DNA of 64,000 bases from Raja brachyura (lineage: Eukaryota): assembly GCA_963514005.1 (NCBI GenBank), contig OY740793.1, positions 20,026,001 to 20,090,000 of the forward strand. Direction: 5' to 3'. Under the pieces are notes generated by a model. It was not told where the DNA came from and did no database searches. It worked only from the letters and a program-made list of their open reading frames with translations. The translations under genes and the position numbers were made by a program. Of this stretch, positions 48,550 to 62,040 are shown in pieces. Positions within the stretch are counted from its first letter, which is position 1. Each line of letters opens with the position of its first letter.

Positions 48550-50190
48550 GTGCACACCAACTGGCTGGAGTATTCAAGGACATCTTCAATCTCTCCTTTC
48601 TGTGGTCTGATATTCCACCTGCTTCACAAGGGCATCTATTGTACCCAAGAAAGGCCTTTCTCAATGACTACCATTATAGCACGTACATCCACCAAAATGA
48701 AGTTATGGAGTGAATCAACTCCCACCTCAGAAATGACCTGGATTTGCTTCAATTTGCCTATCGCCACAATAAATTCACAGCAGATGCTCTCTCACCAGTT
48801 CTCCGTTCCGCTCTGGAACATGTGGATAACAGGAACACATACCCAGGCTGCTGTTCATCGACTACAACTCAGCGTTCATAATTATCATCCCCTCCAAACT
48901 CATCACCAAGCTCCAAGAGGGCTTCTGTACCTCCTTTTGCAACTAGATCCTTGAGTTCCTTATCATCAGACCTCAATCAGTTTGGATCATTAACAGCAGC
49001 TCTTTCTCACTGACCATCAACGTGGGTGCACCTCAATGCAGCATGCTTAGACCCTTGCTCTACTCTCTACACTTGACTGTGTGGCTAAGCACAGCTCCAA
49101 TGCCGACTATAAACTTGCTGTTAACACAACTGGTGGTGATGAATCGGCAACAGTAGAGAACATCTGGCTGAATATTACTACAACAACTCGATGTCAACAA
49201 AGCAAAAGAACTGATTGTTGGCACTTGGTTGCCTGACTTCCCCTTTTTGAAGATAGACACAAAATGCTGGAGTAACTCAGCGGGACAAGCACCATCTCTG
49301 AAACGAAGGAATGGGTGATGTTTTGGTTCGAGACCCATCTTCAGGTTCCTTCTCTCCAGAGATGCTGCCTGTCCCGCTGAGTTCCTCCAGCATTTTGTGT
49401 CCATCTTTTGTGTAAACCAGCATCTGCAGTTCCTTCCTACACATTCCCCCTTATGAAGTCAGTCTTTATGGATGGGTTGGTCATGGAGAGAGATAGCAGC
49501 TTCAAATTCCTGTGTGTTAATATCTTAGCCGCCCTATCCTGGGTCCAGCATATGGATGTGATTACAAAGAAGGCGCTTCACTACTTTCTTAAAAGTTTAA
49601 AGAGATTCCCTATGTCTCTGCATACTTGGACAAACTTTTACAGGCGTACTGCAGGAAGTATCCTCACTGCCGTGTCATGGCCTGGTATGGGAGTTCCAAT
49701 GCACACAAATACAAGATTTGACATACCTCCTATCCATCACAGAAACAGCCCTCCCCTGCATCGAAAGCATCTATATGAGGTGCTCCCTTAAGAAAGCGGC
49801 ATCTGTCATCAAAGATCCCCACCATCTGGGCCATGCCCTCTTCTCACTACTACCATTGGGCAGGAGATACAGAGGCCTGGAGTCACACCCCAGCAGGTTC
49901 AGAAGCAGCCACTTTTCCACAACTATCAGGTACCTGCACCAATCTGCACAACTGCAATCCCACACCAACAGCTGAATAACACAGCCCTCATTTTCTTGCA
50001 ATGGTTTATCTTCTAATTATGTTTTTGCACTGCCTTTTTTTGCACAGTCTTCTTTCTTTTAGAAATGTATGAGTAATTTGTGTATAATTTTGTTTAAAAT
50101 AATGTTGTGTGCACATATTCCTGTAATGCTGCTGCAAGCAAGACCTTTCATTGTACCTGTACCTCACTTTAGTTGAGCATGTAATATGCT
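48550..50190 (+). mobile_element. Degraded Rex1/Babar LINE (RT plus 3' UTR) with a nested Penelope palindrome (49250-49442)
   Basis: LAGVFKDIFNLS, LFIDYNSAF, FKFLCVNI and KAASVIKDPHHLGHALFSLLPLGRRYR. Confidence 0.8.
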
Positions 50191-50544
50191 TGAACAAAAA
50201 TGACACATTTTCATCGTATATCAAAAACGTTCGAAAGAAGTCTTAGCTCAGTGCTATATGATCCATGATTGATTTTATCTGCAGTGAATCATATGAGTGA
50301 TCATTTCTGGGTGAAGCTGTGCCAGCCAGAAATTGGGCTGTCACTTCCAGTTGCAATCTCTATTAATGTGCCTGACGTTTACCCAGGATCAGGTGTGACA
50401 CCCGATGACATTCACTATCATGTAACACAGAATACTGTCTACAACCACAGAAAATGCAGTCGAAAGCTTCACTTAACAACCATCCTGATTTGGTCAGGAG
50501 GACTCGGAGCAGATCTTGTTTATCAAGAAGTACAAGAACCTCAT

Positions 50545-51187
50545 TCTCTGAAAGTGGCGTTGGAGGTAGATAGGGCGAAGAAGGCTTTTGACACGTTGGC
50601 CTTCGCTCTGGGAACTGAGTACTGAAGTTGGACAATATATCACATACAATTTAGAAGACATACAATTTAGAGGATGCACTTGAAGTATTGTGCAGTTTTG
50701 CTGACCCTCTTATGGGAAAGATGTAATTAAGCTGGAAAGTGTGCAGGTTTACAAGGACGTTTCCAGAGCCAGGTGGCCTGAGCCAGTGGAAGAGATTAGA
50801 CAAGTTCAGACCTTATTCCTTTGAGCACAGGAGGCTGAGCCGTGATGTTGTTGAAGGGTATAAAATCACGCGGGGAATAGATTGTGTGGATGTGCAGGGC
50901 AGTGGAATCAAGAAGTAGAATGCATAGGTTTAAGGAGAGAGGGGAATGTTTGAATAGGAACCCAAAGGGCAAATATTTCACTTGGAGGGTGGTTGATACC
51001 TAGAACGAGCTGCCAGAGGAGGCAGATACAATAGCAATATTTAAATGACATTTAGACAGGTACATGGATAAAACCAGTTGAGAGGGATGTGGACCAAACA
51101 AGGACAAATTGGATAAGCTTTGATGGAGCATCTTGGTCAGTATGGATGAGTTGTGCTAAATGGCCTGTTTCCATGCTATGTAACTCT
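50545..51187 (+). mobile_element. Degraded CR1 LINE 3' fragment
   Basis: HSLKVALEVDRAKKAFDTLAF through to the 3' UTR GGCCTGTTTCCATGCT. Confidence 0.75.
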
Positions 51188-51882
51188 AAATTTTCAGGAA
51201 TACTGTTGGCTTCAGGAGACTTGACTGGGCAGCTTTTAATCTTACTGCAGACTGTTCAAACACATCTCAAAGTCCACAGAGCATGTTCAAATCAACCACG
51301 TGCTTTTCCACCATTTAGCTACAGAGGTATTCATTCTGTGAGCATCAGAGTGGTGGACAATGATACCAGCAGCTCCTCTGTAATTAGCAACCTTGGGATG
51401 TGTTGCTGACCACATGTCAGAGACCTTGGAGCACCAGCCAAAGACTTCCAGTAGAGCCTAATCCCACAGAGTTTTCATGGACATCATATCTGGCCGGAAT
51501 TTGTCTCTCGAGCAATGTAGTCACTGATCCAGGTAATCAAAGTATGAAACTCTATGGACCACCTTCAGCCAGTTCCTTGTGCTTGGACTGTTTTCTCTGA
51601 ACAAGTCAAGACCATGGTGGTGGCAGACATTATACTGGCATTGATTTAGGCTTTTGGATAGGCACATGGATGTGCAGGGAATGGAGGGATATGCATCATG
51701 CGCAGGCAGAGGAGAATAGTTCAACTTGGCTTCATGTTTGGTGTGGGCATTGTGGGTTGAGGGGACTGTTCCTCTGCTGTACTGTTTTATGTTCTTTGTT
51801 TTCCGTTTTAAAATGCATCATGTTCAGCACGGACATTTGTTCCTGGGCGGTACTGTTTATATTCTCTATGAATGTTAAATAC

Positions 51883-52193
51883 CGGCATGGTGGCATAGCA
51901 GTAGAGTTGCTGCCTTACCGCGCTTGAAGCGCCAAAGACCTGGGTTGCATCCCGACTACAGGTGGTGTCTGTACGGAGTTTGTACGTTCTCCCTGTGGCC
52001 GCGTGGGTTTTCTCAGAGATCTTCGATTTCCGCCCACACACTACAGATTTGTCGGTTAATTGGCTTGGTCTAAGTGTAAATTGTCCCTAGTGTATGTAGG
52101 ATAGTGTTAATGTGCAGGGATCACTGGTTGGTGCAGACTCGGTGGGCCCAAGGGCCTGTTTCCGCGCTGTATCCCTAAGCTAAACTAAGCTAA
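51883..52193 (+). mobile_element. Full-length V-SINE (HE1-like)
   Basis: Head GGCATGGTGGCATAGCAGTAGAG, central domain, tail GGGCCTGTTTCCGCGCTGTATC(CTAAR)n. Confidence 0.9.
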
Positions 52194-52821
52194 ACCTCGC
52201 CACTGGATCGTTCCAGGCACACGACAGATTCCTGCCATATTTCGCAATTTGCTGCCCACTGTGGCAACACAAAATGACACGCAGATTTCGACTCAACAAG
52301 AGAATATTGCATCTCCTTTAATTGCAGTGAGAAGAAAATGTCATTGAGTGTTGGCATTTGCCAGCCTTGCTATTTTTTATTGATCACAGTAATGTGTCCA
52401 TTAATTTAATGTCTGGTCTTTTCATCTACCAAAAAACACTATGTTTCTTAATTGTGTAGCTAATTTTGGTTCATGAAAATAATTTCTTGATTGTGAATAC
52501 CATGGTTACTGACAGCTCCAAGCCTCCTTCATGCTGAAGCAAACCACATTACCAGACTTTTTTTGACAGCCAGCACTGGCCTGAGGGATGGACAATGGGG
52601 TACACGCCTGTTGCTTTTCAAGCATGTTTGAACGGCAAGTAAAGGTACAACCACAGGGATGCAAATACATGGATAATGATGGAAAATGCCGTTGGCCTCC
52701 TCTAGGTGAAATCTATTGTCTTCAACCTTCCGTAATCGGCCAGCCCTCGACGCCCAACAGCTACAGAGATTTGATCAGTGTGTGCTGTACAAACCTGTAG
52801 ACTTGTAAACAAGTAAAAATA

Positions 52822-53325
52822 AAGATGTTGTCAAACATGAAAGGATTCAGAGAGGAATTACAAGGATGTTGCCAGGACCTGAGGGACTGTGCTATAGGGA
52901 GAGGTTGAGCAGGCTAAGGCTTTATTCACTGGAGCGCAGGAGGATGAGGGGTGATCTTATAGAGGTGTACAAAACCATGACAGGAATATGTCAGGTAAAC
53001 GCACAGAGTCTCTTGCCCAGAGTCGAGGAATCAAGAACCTCCCAACATAGGTTTAAGGTGAGGGGGGAAAGATTTAATGGGAGCCTTATGGATTACTTTT
53101 TTTACACAATGGGTGGCAGGTGTATGGAACGAGCTTCTGGAGAAGGTAGTTGAGGCAGGTACTATCGCAAAGTTTAAGCAACATTTAGACAGGTACATGG
53201 ATAGGACAGGAAAGGACAAGATAGGATAGGATAAGATAGGAGGGATATGGACCAATGGCAGGCAGGTAGGTGTAGTGTAGATAGGGCAGGTTGATCAGCA
53301 TTGGTCCACTCTGTATGACTCTATG
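52822..53325 (+). mobile_element. CR1 LINE 3' fragment
   Basis: ORF 52866-53153 (ERRRMRGDLIEVYK); internal (GATAG)n expansion. Confidence 0.88.
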
Positions 53326-53619
53326 ACATGCAAATTTGCAGAGAGCAGTTAGTGCCAGCGGAAGAGCATTATATTGACCCACTGTCTGAGATCCATGAGA
53401 GTGCCCAGAAGGCCTGCAGCAGGAAGACAATGAAGACCAACTTTGAGGACAAGCTTTCCTGGCATCACCAGCTTCATTTCTCAGGTGAATAGTGGAGAAT
53501 GTTATTAAACCAACTGGCAGTAAAATAACTCACTGATGGAGAGAGTATCCTCTGAGACAGCCCGTAAAGTAATAATCCCTTACTGCAAAGCAAATTACTG
53601 CACTCTATTGGAAGCAGAT

Positions 53620-54075
53620 CTTTAACTCCTCCTCCCATTCCCTTTCAGTCCTGGCCTCCTCCACTGGCAGAGTGAGACCCAACACAAATTGGAGGAACAG
53701 CACCTAAGATTTGACGGGCAGCTTCCAATCCAGCGGGATGAATATTGATCTCTAACTACAAATAACCCTTGTTTTCCCTATCTCCATCCCTCCACCATGC
53801 TAGTTCTCAAATTAGTTTCACTGTCCCCCTGGTTACATTTTACAGATTGTATGCCTCGTTGTCACCTTCCCCTCAGCTAACAATGATCCATTCTACATTT
53901 TCCTTGAATATTGTCCCCTTTGATCACTTGTTTTCACACCTTACCCTTCCGTATCTCTCTGTCTACCTCTCACCTGACTCTCAGTCTGAAGGGTCTCAAC
54001 CTGAAACGTCACCCATTCATTCTCTCCAGATATGCTGCCTGTCCAGCTGAATTAATCCAGCATTTTGTGTCTATC
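53620..54075 (+). mobile_element. Penelope-like element 3' end (GIY-YIG endonuclease C-terminus plus terminal repeat)
   Basis: FNSSSHS...GLLHWQSETQHKLEEQHL.F...SGMNID, then a pyrimidine-rich UTR, CAGTCTGAAGGGTCTCAACCTGAAACGTCA and the same arm found in all the palindromes. Confidence 0.8.
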
Positions 54076-54349
54076 TTCAGAGCTGTTGGGAACTTTACGG
54101 AACTTTAGAGCCCTACGTGAACGAGGGCTGTGCCTAGGGCTCTGAAGAAGTGTTTCGACCCGAAACGCTACCTGTCTTTGTTCTCCAGAGATGGTGCCTG
54201 ACCTGCTGAGTTACTCCAGCACTCTGTGTCATAAGGTCATAAGTGATAGGAGTAGATAGACACAAAAAAGCTGGAGTAACTCAGAGGGATCGGCAGCGTC
54301 TCTGGTGAGAAGGAATGGGTGACGTTTCAGGTCGAGACCCTTCTTCGGA

Positions 54350-54662
54350 TAGGAGCAGAACTAGGACATTCGGCCCATCAAGTCTACTCCACCATTCAAA
54401 CATGGCTGATCTATCTCTCCCTCCTAACCCCATTCTCCTGCCTTCTCCCCATAACCTTTGACACCTGTACTAATCAAAAATTGATCTATCTCGGCCTTAA
54501 AAATATCCACTGACTCGGCCTCCACAGCTTTCTGTGGCAAAGAGTTCCACAGATTCACCATCTTCTCACTGAAGAAATTTCTCCTCATCTCCTTCCTAAA
54601 AGAACGTCCTTTAATTCTGGGGCTATGACCTCTAGCCCTAGACTCTCCCACGAGTGGAAACA
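54350..54662 (-). mobile_element. CR1 LINE 3' fragment
   Basis: ORF 54424-54684 (LFPLVGESRARGHS...GYGEKAGEWG). Confidence 0.9.
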
Positions 54663-55374
54663 ACCGTTTGGGTAGGACACTCAATTGTTAGCACCAGCAT
54701 GACACAATAATCGGCCAGGACTGTTCAGATGATGCTACCTTGCATCTATTTCACAGACCTACTCGCACTGATTTTAGAATATCATTGAATGAATCTTTGA
54801 TCCAATTACTTAAGTGGTTTGCTGCAACATATCTATATTACCTGATTAGTGGAAAATTGATTAAAAATCTCTGACCTATGTAGAAAATGCACTTTTTTCA
54901 GGTGTAAGCTGCGTCTGAGAACAAACATTTGGGATAGATTTTCCTCGTTGATGGTGGCTATTGATTATTGTAGCCAATACAGTTGAAAATAATTATATAT
55001 TGACCAGATTGGCATGCAATGGTAGTGAAATTATAAGGCAAACAATTTCAAGGTAATCAAGCCTACACACGCAGGAATGAAGAATCCTTAATCAAGCTTC
55101 AAGAAAAAATCATTTTAAACAATTGCACTAATTAGCCATTTCTTGGTACACAATGGGGAAAAATTGATGGAGCCTCAGCGGCTGAGTATGTTTCACTCAG
55201 CTTACAGCAAATAGATGTGATAGTTTTTGACCAATACTTATAAGCATGTCCATAAGTATTGGTCAACGTATCGCCCGATTTTTCAGGCGACTGCCAGTGA
55301 CTGTCAAGTCGTAGCAGGTCGCTGAAAAACCGGCGACTGGAACGGAGACTGTCAGAGTGGAACATACACACACA

Positions 55375-55520
55375 TGTGCAGGTAAGTGGGTTAATTGTCT
55401 TGGTAAAAATAGTAAATTGTCCCTAGTGTGTGTAGTATAGTAAGTGTGCAGGGATCACTGGTCGGTGTGGACTTGGTGGGCTGAAGGGCCTGTTTACACG
55501 GTGTATCTCTAAACTAAACT
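55375..55520 (+). mobile_element. V-SINE 3' half
   Basis: GGTTAATTGTCTTGG...TTGTCCCTAGTGTG...GAAGGGCCTGTTT...ATCTCTAAACTAAAC. It is preceded by a CpG-rich, MITE-like fragment at about 55272-55365. Confidence 0.75.
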
Positions 55521-56514
55521 TGTGTCTATGTTTCCATTGAGCTGCCAGAAGGAGTTATGTTACTGAATAATTGCAGAAAATTTGTGGAGAAGTGTGCTTG
55601 ACCTGGAAAGTGGAGGTCATGGTCTCCTGGTGCCTCGCATCTTCCTTGAGAATTCATTGAGATGGATTCTTCCATACTGTATGTCATGACCTGCATTCAA
55701 CCAAAGAGGTTTGATGATGTGATAACTATGTGTTGTGAATCTTCATCAGCCTTGTCATATAAGCATTTCGGTCATGGTCCTCTTCCAGATCTCCTGAGAT
55801 AGCACCAGATTCCCTATTCCTCATGCCAACCTGTACCCTACTCAGCCTTCAAATCACTGATGTTACATACATTATTTATCCCTCATGCTGTCACTTTCTG
55901 AGGAACTACTGTGGGGTGGCAGGTGCAGTAATGCACTTTGATCATCCCCTCTGCCTTCTCCCTCTCTCCACCTCTTTCCTGTTCCTCCATCTTCTTGTGC
56001 AACTTGTGCTAAGTATCCTGGTGTACGGAGGGAGGAAAATAAGCTTTTCCTCTACCCTGAAATGGCACAACAGCACTTAAAATGGTGGCCCACAACACCA
56101 AACGATGAAGCAGATGCACAAAGTGCAGATGTATCCATAGATTTAATAAGAGGGAGGTAGCAATCACTAATAATAGTGAGTGTAATTGACCGATTTTGTA
56201 CAGTTACTGCTCAGGTTATTTGGCTGTAATTCCTCCTATTCTGTTTCCTGAAGGATTTTATTCTTTCTCCCAGTATTTTATTCTGTTTATATTGCACCTA
56301 TTTCAGTTAACGGCAGTGCTTCAGATGTGTGTTTCTTCATCCTAAGCAGAATATCTTTCCCTCAAGGATACTCTAGTTTGCTCCCCTGTTTTTGATATTA
56401 TGCTCTACCCTTCCCATGTTACCTTCTTGTATGTCCCCTTTTATCTCTTTCATTCCCACTCTCGTGCATCCCAACATTGCCAGCAGTTATATTTATTGCT
56501 GAAAGGCCTAACAC

Positions 56515-56812
56515 AGACTACTTGATAGACTAGCTCTGTTCAATCTGCAAGTTTTATTCTCTCCTCTGCTCCCACTATGAATTCTCTGTTCTTGGCTAGA
56601 ATGCGTCGAGGCGCCTGTGAGCCGACAGGCCGTTGCTGCGCGGAATTTTTGAACAAGGTCAGTTTTTCGGGGCCCCGCACGGGACCAGCTCTGCACAACT
56701 CTATACGGCTCTGGCGATCGAAGTGGGACCGGCCCCGCGAGGCCGGACGGCTCAAGCGAATACGTTAGGTTGCGCTCACCGCATGGAGTTGCATGCTGGT
56801 GGGACAGGCCCT
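56515..56812. mobile_element. One-ended Harbinger-like MITE abutting a SINE head
   Basis: CpG-rich block ending GTGGGACAGGCCCT, the same terminal motif as 816 and 45743. Then TAA and the antisense SINE head GGCAGCAACTCTACCGCTGCGCCAC. The left TIR is missing. Confidence 0.65.
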
Positions 56813-59782
56813 TAAGGCAGCAACTCTACCGCTGCGCCACTGTGCCGCCCCTGGCGACTGAACAAGCACCCTTATAGTTTTGACAGCGGGTAAATCTAGG
56901 TGTGGATGTTCACTTGAAAACCTTATCAAAGGTCTTCAGGAGAATATCTGGGATTGGTGTTCTACAGTAGGCAGTTGAATGCTTGGTTGATGAAGCCCCA
57001 GTAGATTCAATCCAACAAAGTTGGCCATGTGTAGCCAGAACAGATAAATTTGGGAATGAGATGACCAAATGGGTACTGTGTCAGCAATACCTGGTACATT
57101 GAATTCTTTCATTTCAAGGTATGGTTAAAATGTTCCAGTTTTTTAATTGTTTATTTCCATGCGCCATTATTATCTCCTTGGCATTAAACAATGAAATCTG
57201 TCCTCTCCACTCTCTATCAGTCATATTCTTTATTCTTCCCCTTTCTCTGTTTATGTACATACCTTAAAACACGTTCGATCTCCATTATGCGTCTAATGAT
57301 AAGTCAGAGACCTCAATAACATCCATGGTCATTTCTATTTGAGTGTGTGACAATTGATATTTTTGCTGTTTGCTTGTTAGTTTTAATATCCCCTGAGCGG
57401 CTGTGATGATGAAAAGTGTTTTAGTTGTATGCATCTGTGCATACCTGAGGCAAGAGCAGATAGATACTGTGCGTATCTGCCAATTTTTTTTTGTTTTAAT
57501 TTTATGTTTTCACGGTATACCTTTTCTTTATAATCTTCAATCATTTATTTATTCTGAAATGCAGTTGAAATTGATTCAGAGCCAAAGAATTTGGACGTAT
57601 ATGGATGTGAATTTTGAGCTGGCAGGATATAAGGTTGATTTGCAACCCATTTGCACATTCATTTAAGTGAAGATTTCCTTTTGGATGAGTCAATACCTGA
57701 CTGTCAGAGTGTGTTTATATCTGGGACTCATAATACAGGAGCATTGTGATTAGACTCAGTGAAGTACTGGTTCCATGAAATAAATTTAAGAAAGCCAAAT
57801 TTAGATTCCGCTGAACTGCCTTTGACCAAGGTCAGAATAATATAAGCTGTTGTCATTATTTATGTATCCATGAATCTTGTTGGTGACATAACTCACCAGC
57901 ACACCTTCTCTGATCGTGGGAGGGTCTTGGTTAGAGACAATCCAAGGTTACTGTGAATAGCTGGATCATGCAGTAAAAAAAAGACCCAGTTAATTAAAAT
58001 GCAGTGATTTGCATTGGACACTCTTCTCAGTGTCCTCAGTCACTGAATCAGTGTATCAGTTGCTTAAAAAACCCATATATCTGAAAGTTTAAAGCAAGAT
58101 TGTAAATATCAAAAACACTCAGCAGTTCAATCAACAGAAGCTAATATTTCAAATATAAATAATTTAGTGGAACTGGACAAAACTTGCACCATTTTTGTTG
58201 GAGGCTTGAAAAATGGGCAGGTTACCCAGAGCTGATGATGCGGCATGAGTTATTTCGAGCCTTGTGCCTCATTACAATTGCTGTCATTTCAACTTATGCT
58301 TTTAATTGACGGCTTACCTTAAAGATTGGCAGGGAAAACAGCAAAGCTGCCATAATTTAAACAAAGTTTGCACATCTTGAAAGGAAAGTTTACTTTTCAT
58401 TCTGCTAGCACGGACTAGATTTGCCTAAAATAAATGTTGAAAAGATGTCTATCTACCTCAGGGATGGGATTAAGAAAAGAATTGTGCTTCGGGTAACCAG
58501 GAGGAGACATTACATTTTTCTTTGCAAATGGAAACAGACTGACCTGACTAATATCGCAAGAACTGGGGTCAGAGATTGTTGACAATGTCAGGAGAAAGAT
58601 CCCAAGGAAAATGCATCTGTTCTGGAAAGAAATTCAATGGACTGGAATTTGTGATAGCAAGAACCGTAAAGCTGTCAATACAGGTTGTGATTACTATCTA
58701 AAACTGACATGAGTTGTAGGCATTTGGAGGTGCACTTGTTCTCAGTGAGGCACTGATCCTTTATATGGTATTATGTTGTAATTTTTCTGAGTGGAATTAA
58801 ACAGAATCAAGGATTAGATGCAGGCATAAATAAATGAAGCACTATAATTGCAGCAAATAAAATGATAATAACGTCTTGTTCAATCAGAAAAACAAATTTA
58901 AAAAAAATGTAACCATAATTATTTGTTGATTAATTTCTCTGTCCTGGAATTAAAAATATTTTTACAAGCATAGGGTCTCGTTTGCTCAGAACATTTAAAA
59001 ATTGCAATGTTTTCATAGATTATTTTATTTTTTATATCTTTATTAAGGCTATAGCTATATTAAGGATTTCTCTTTGCTTCACTGTCCCTAGAATGATTTA
59101 AACACAATTTATTTCACTTGCTCATTTGTACACTGTGAGCAAGTGAAATCAGGTAGTTTTGTTACCTGGTTTGTAGCCAATGTATTATTGCAGCCGGTCA
59201 TGTTTACTTCCTGGTCTGTGGGTGGCACAGTACCTCGGCAAATAGTAGTTATTTAGCCACCGAAACCGTAGCAAGTGCGGGGCCCTGTCGTTTCAGAGCA
59301 TACACCACATACCTCAGCAAATTGTGCTGGACAAACACTCCGGCACTTACCACTCTCTGTGTGAAAGACGCCCTGCACATCTCCTTTAAACTTTGCCCCT
59401 CTCACCTTAAAGCTATGGTTATTATTACTATTATTTGCTATTAATAGAGTCTGCCCGTTTCCCCGTAACTGTGTGGGTTTACAGTCATCTAGTCACCAGC
59501 ACATAAACAGGCCCTTTTGCCCAACTTGTCCATGCCGACCAAAATGCCCCATCTATGCTAGCTCCACCAGCCCATGCTGGGTCCATATCCATCCAAACAT
59601 TTTTTACCCATGTACCTGTCAATGTTTCCCATGGCTGCTCCATTTTCATGTCACATCTCAAAGACATGCTAGTGGTAAATCAATTGGTCTCTTTAAATTA
59701 AATAGAGTGTTAGTGGATGGAAGGAAAATCAGGGTGGAATTGATAGGTGGGCATGTGAGGAAGAATAAATGGGGAATTGAGA

Positions 59783-60198
59783 AATTCACTGGAGTTTAGA
59801 AGGATGAGGAGGAGGGGGGGGGGCTTATAGAAACATATAAAATTATAAAAGGTCTGGACAAGCTGGATGCAGGAAAAATGCAGGAGTCTAGAACCAGGGG
59901 CCACAGTCTTAGAATAAAGGGGAGGCCATTTAAGACTGTGAGAAAAAACTTTTCCACCCAGAGAGTTGTGAATTTGTGGAATTCCCTGCCACAGAGGGCA
60001 GTGGAGGCTGAATCACTGGATGGATTTAAGAGAGAGTTAGTTAGATAGAGCTCTAGGGGCTAGTGGAATCAAGGGATATGAGGGGAAGACAGGCAGGGGT
60101 TATTGATTTGGGACGACCAACCATGATCACAATGAATGGCGGTGCTGGCTCGAAGGGCCGAATGGCCTCCTCCTGCACCTATTTTCTATGTTTCTATG
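59783..60198 (+). mobile_element. CR1 LINE 3' fragment
   Basis: LEFRRMR...IETYKIIKGLDKLDAG...VVNLWNSLPQRAVEA plus a TTTCTATG tail. Confidence 0.9.
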
Positions 60199-62040
60199 CT
60201 CTTTGAGCCAGCATGGAGGCTTAGATGGCCTCATTTTATGCCATCAGAGAAATATACAAGAAAAATAGAAAAATATATATTGGCTTCATCATAGAGGTAG
60301 TAGGGTGCTTGGTGATAGTTGAATCTGTGCTGTTGAATGTCAAGGGTGGATGATTAGACAGTTTCCTTTGGAAATATACAGTGTTGGTGTTGTATGCTGT
60401 GAAAGTTATCTTCCATTGATCAGCCTTTGTCTGCATCTTTGCTGTGACTTTATGCTTGCAGGCATAAATTGCTTTCATTAAAACAGCTTGAAAATGGCTT
60501 TGAACAACATGCAATCAGCAGTGAAAATTCCTATTTCAAATTTGAGAAGAAGATGTGGAGTGTCAGCAGGTTTGATATATTACCGTCTATCCTTTCTTCC
60601 AAGTCATTAATATTAGTTATAAATAGCTGAAAGCCCAGTTATGATCTTGTGGGAACTCAATAATAGCAACCAGTCCATTGGAAATGACCTATTTATTTCT
60701 ACCCCACTTTGACCTCCATTCATTTTAATCAGTTCTTATTTTCTGAATCATCCTTTTGTGAAATGCTTTGTATAATCCACTTACCGTATACTATGTCCAC
60801 TTGATCTTCCTATTTACTCTGCTAGATATATACGCAAAAAATATATATGAGATCTGTCAATTTTCCTTTACATCTATCAGGTTAAAACTTACCATTGATT
60901 ACATCTCAAACAATAAATCCTGGTGTTTCACACCCATGGACACAGGGCTAACTAATCTATAGTTCTCTTCCCTTGCCCCTTAACACACAGTGTTCAATTT
61001 ATTTTTTTAATCTGCTGGTCTAATCCAGAAGCTGTGAAATTTTAGATGCTCACAGTACATTATCCAATATTTCCGCAGAGACCTCATTGGAACTCTGTCA
61101 TTTGTTTTAATTATCCAATGGGCATGTCAGTTTTTAATCTTCTTAAATTCTCTGGTTCTTCATCTTTGCCAATATTATTTACTTCAACTCCCTTATTCTT
61201 ACCAGTTTGTCGATTCCCTACTATTTCTGGTATATTTAATCTAGCAAGTGTGAAGAGAGATACAAAATAATTGCTTCATGTCCCAGTCATTTCTTTATAC
61301 TCTGTTATGCTCTTTCACGAAATAATCCATCTTTAACTTTTGCTACTCTTTTTACCATTTTGCACATCCATAGAAACATAAAAAACTCATAGTTTTTGCT
61401 AGTTTGCTTTCATCATATACCCCTTTATGAATTTTTGCTCACTCATTGATAGTACATAAATATTTTACTGGATGATACATTCATTTCAAAATATTCCTTT
61501 CTATATTTGCCATTATTTGTTTACTAAGAAAACTTTTGATCTAATTTCTAAATGCATCTTGGCGGACTGGTTTCTCTATTTGTTCAAAGCAGTAGTTTAC
61601 GATTTGTCATGGTCGAACCCACGGTGTTACTCTGTCACATTGTGATTATATTTCCTTAGGGAATCCTTTACCATTAGATTGTAACTTAACTGTCTCATTA
61701 CACAAGATCTAAAATAGACTCAATTCCTGTTGGTTTCATGATGCATTGTTCCATGAAACAGTAGCAAACTAATTCTAAGAACTCATTCTCCAAGGCATGT
61801 CTATAAATTACTTTGAACTTCACATCCCAGCTGCAGCAATTGAGAACGGACAGATTTCCAGAAGCTTCCAGAAGCATGCATTTTAGCCTTGCCACACATG
61901 GACTGATCCATAAAGGAAGAATTATTACTATGCACCAGCAATTACTTGGTGAGTTGGACTAAATACAAGAATAGTTGCAGAATACTCCATTCGTGGGAAA
62001 GCAGGTTTAAAGTTTTGATTTGTATGTTATTATATAATAA

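Noticed and set aside
50269-50625. 118-aa ORF as an exon
   Set aside because: The last quarter is CR1-derived and the rest matches nothing I recognise.
57400-57450. C/D-box snoRNA (GTGATGA...CTGA)
   Set aside because: Only about 45 nt between the boxes, no terminal stem and no recognisable guide.
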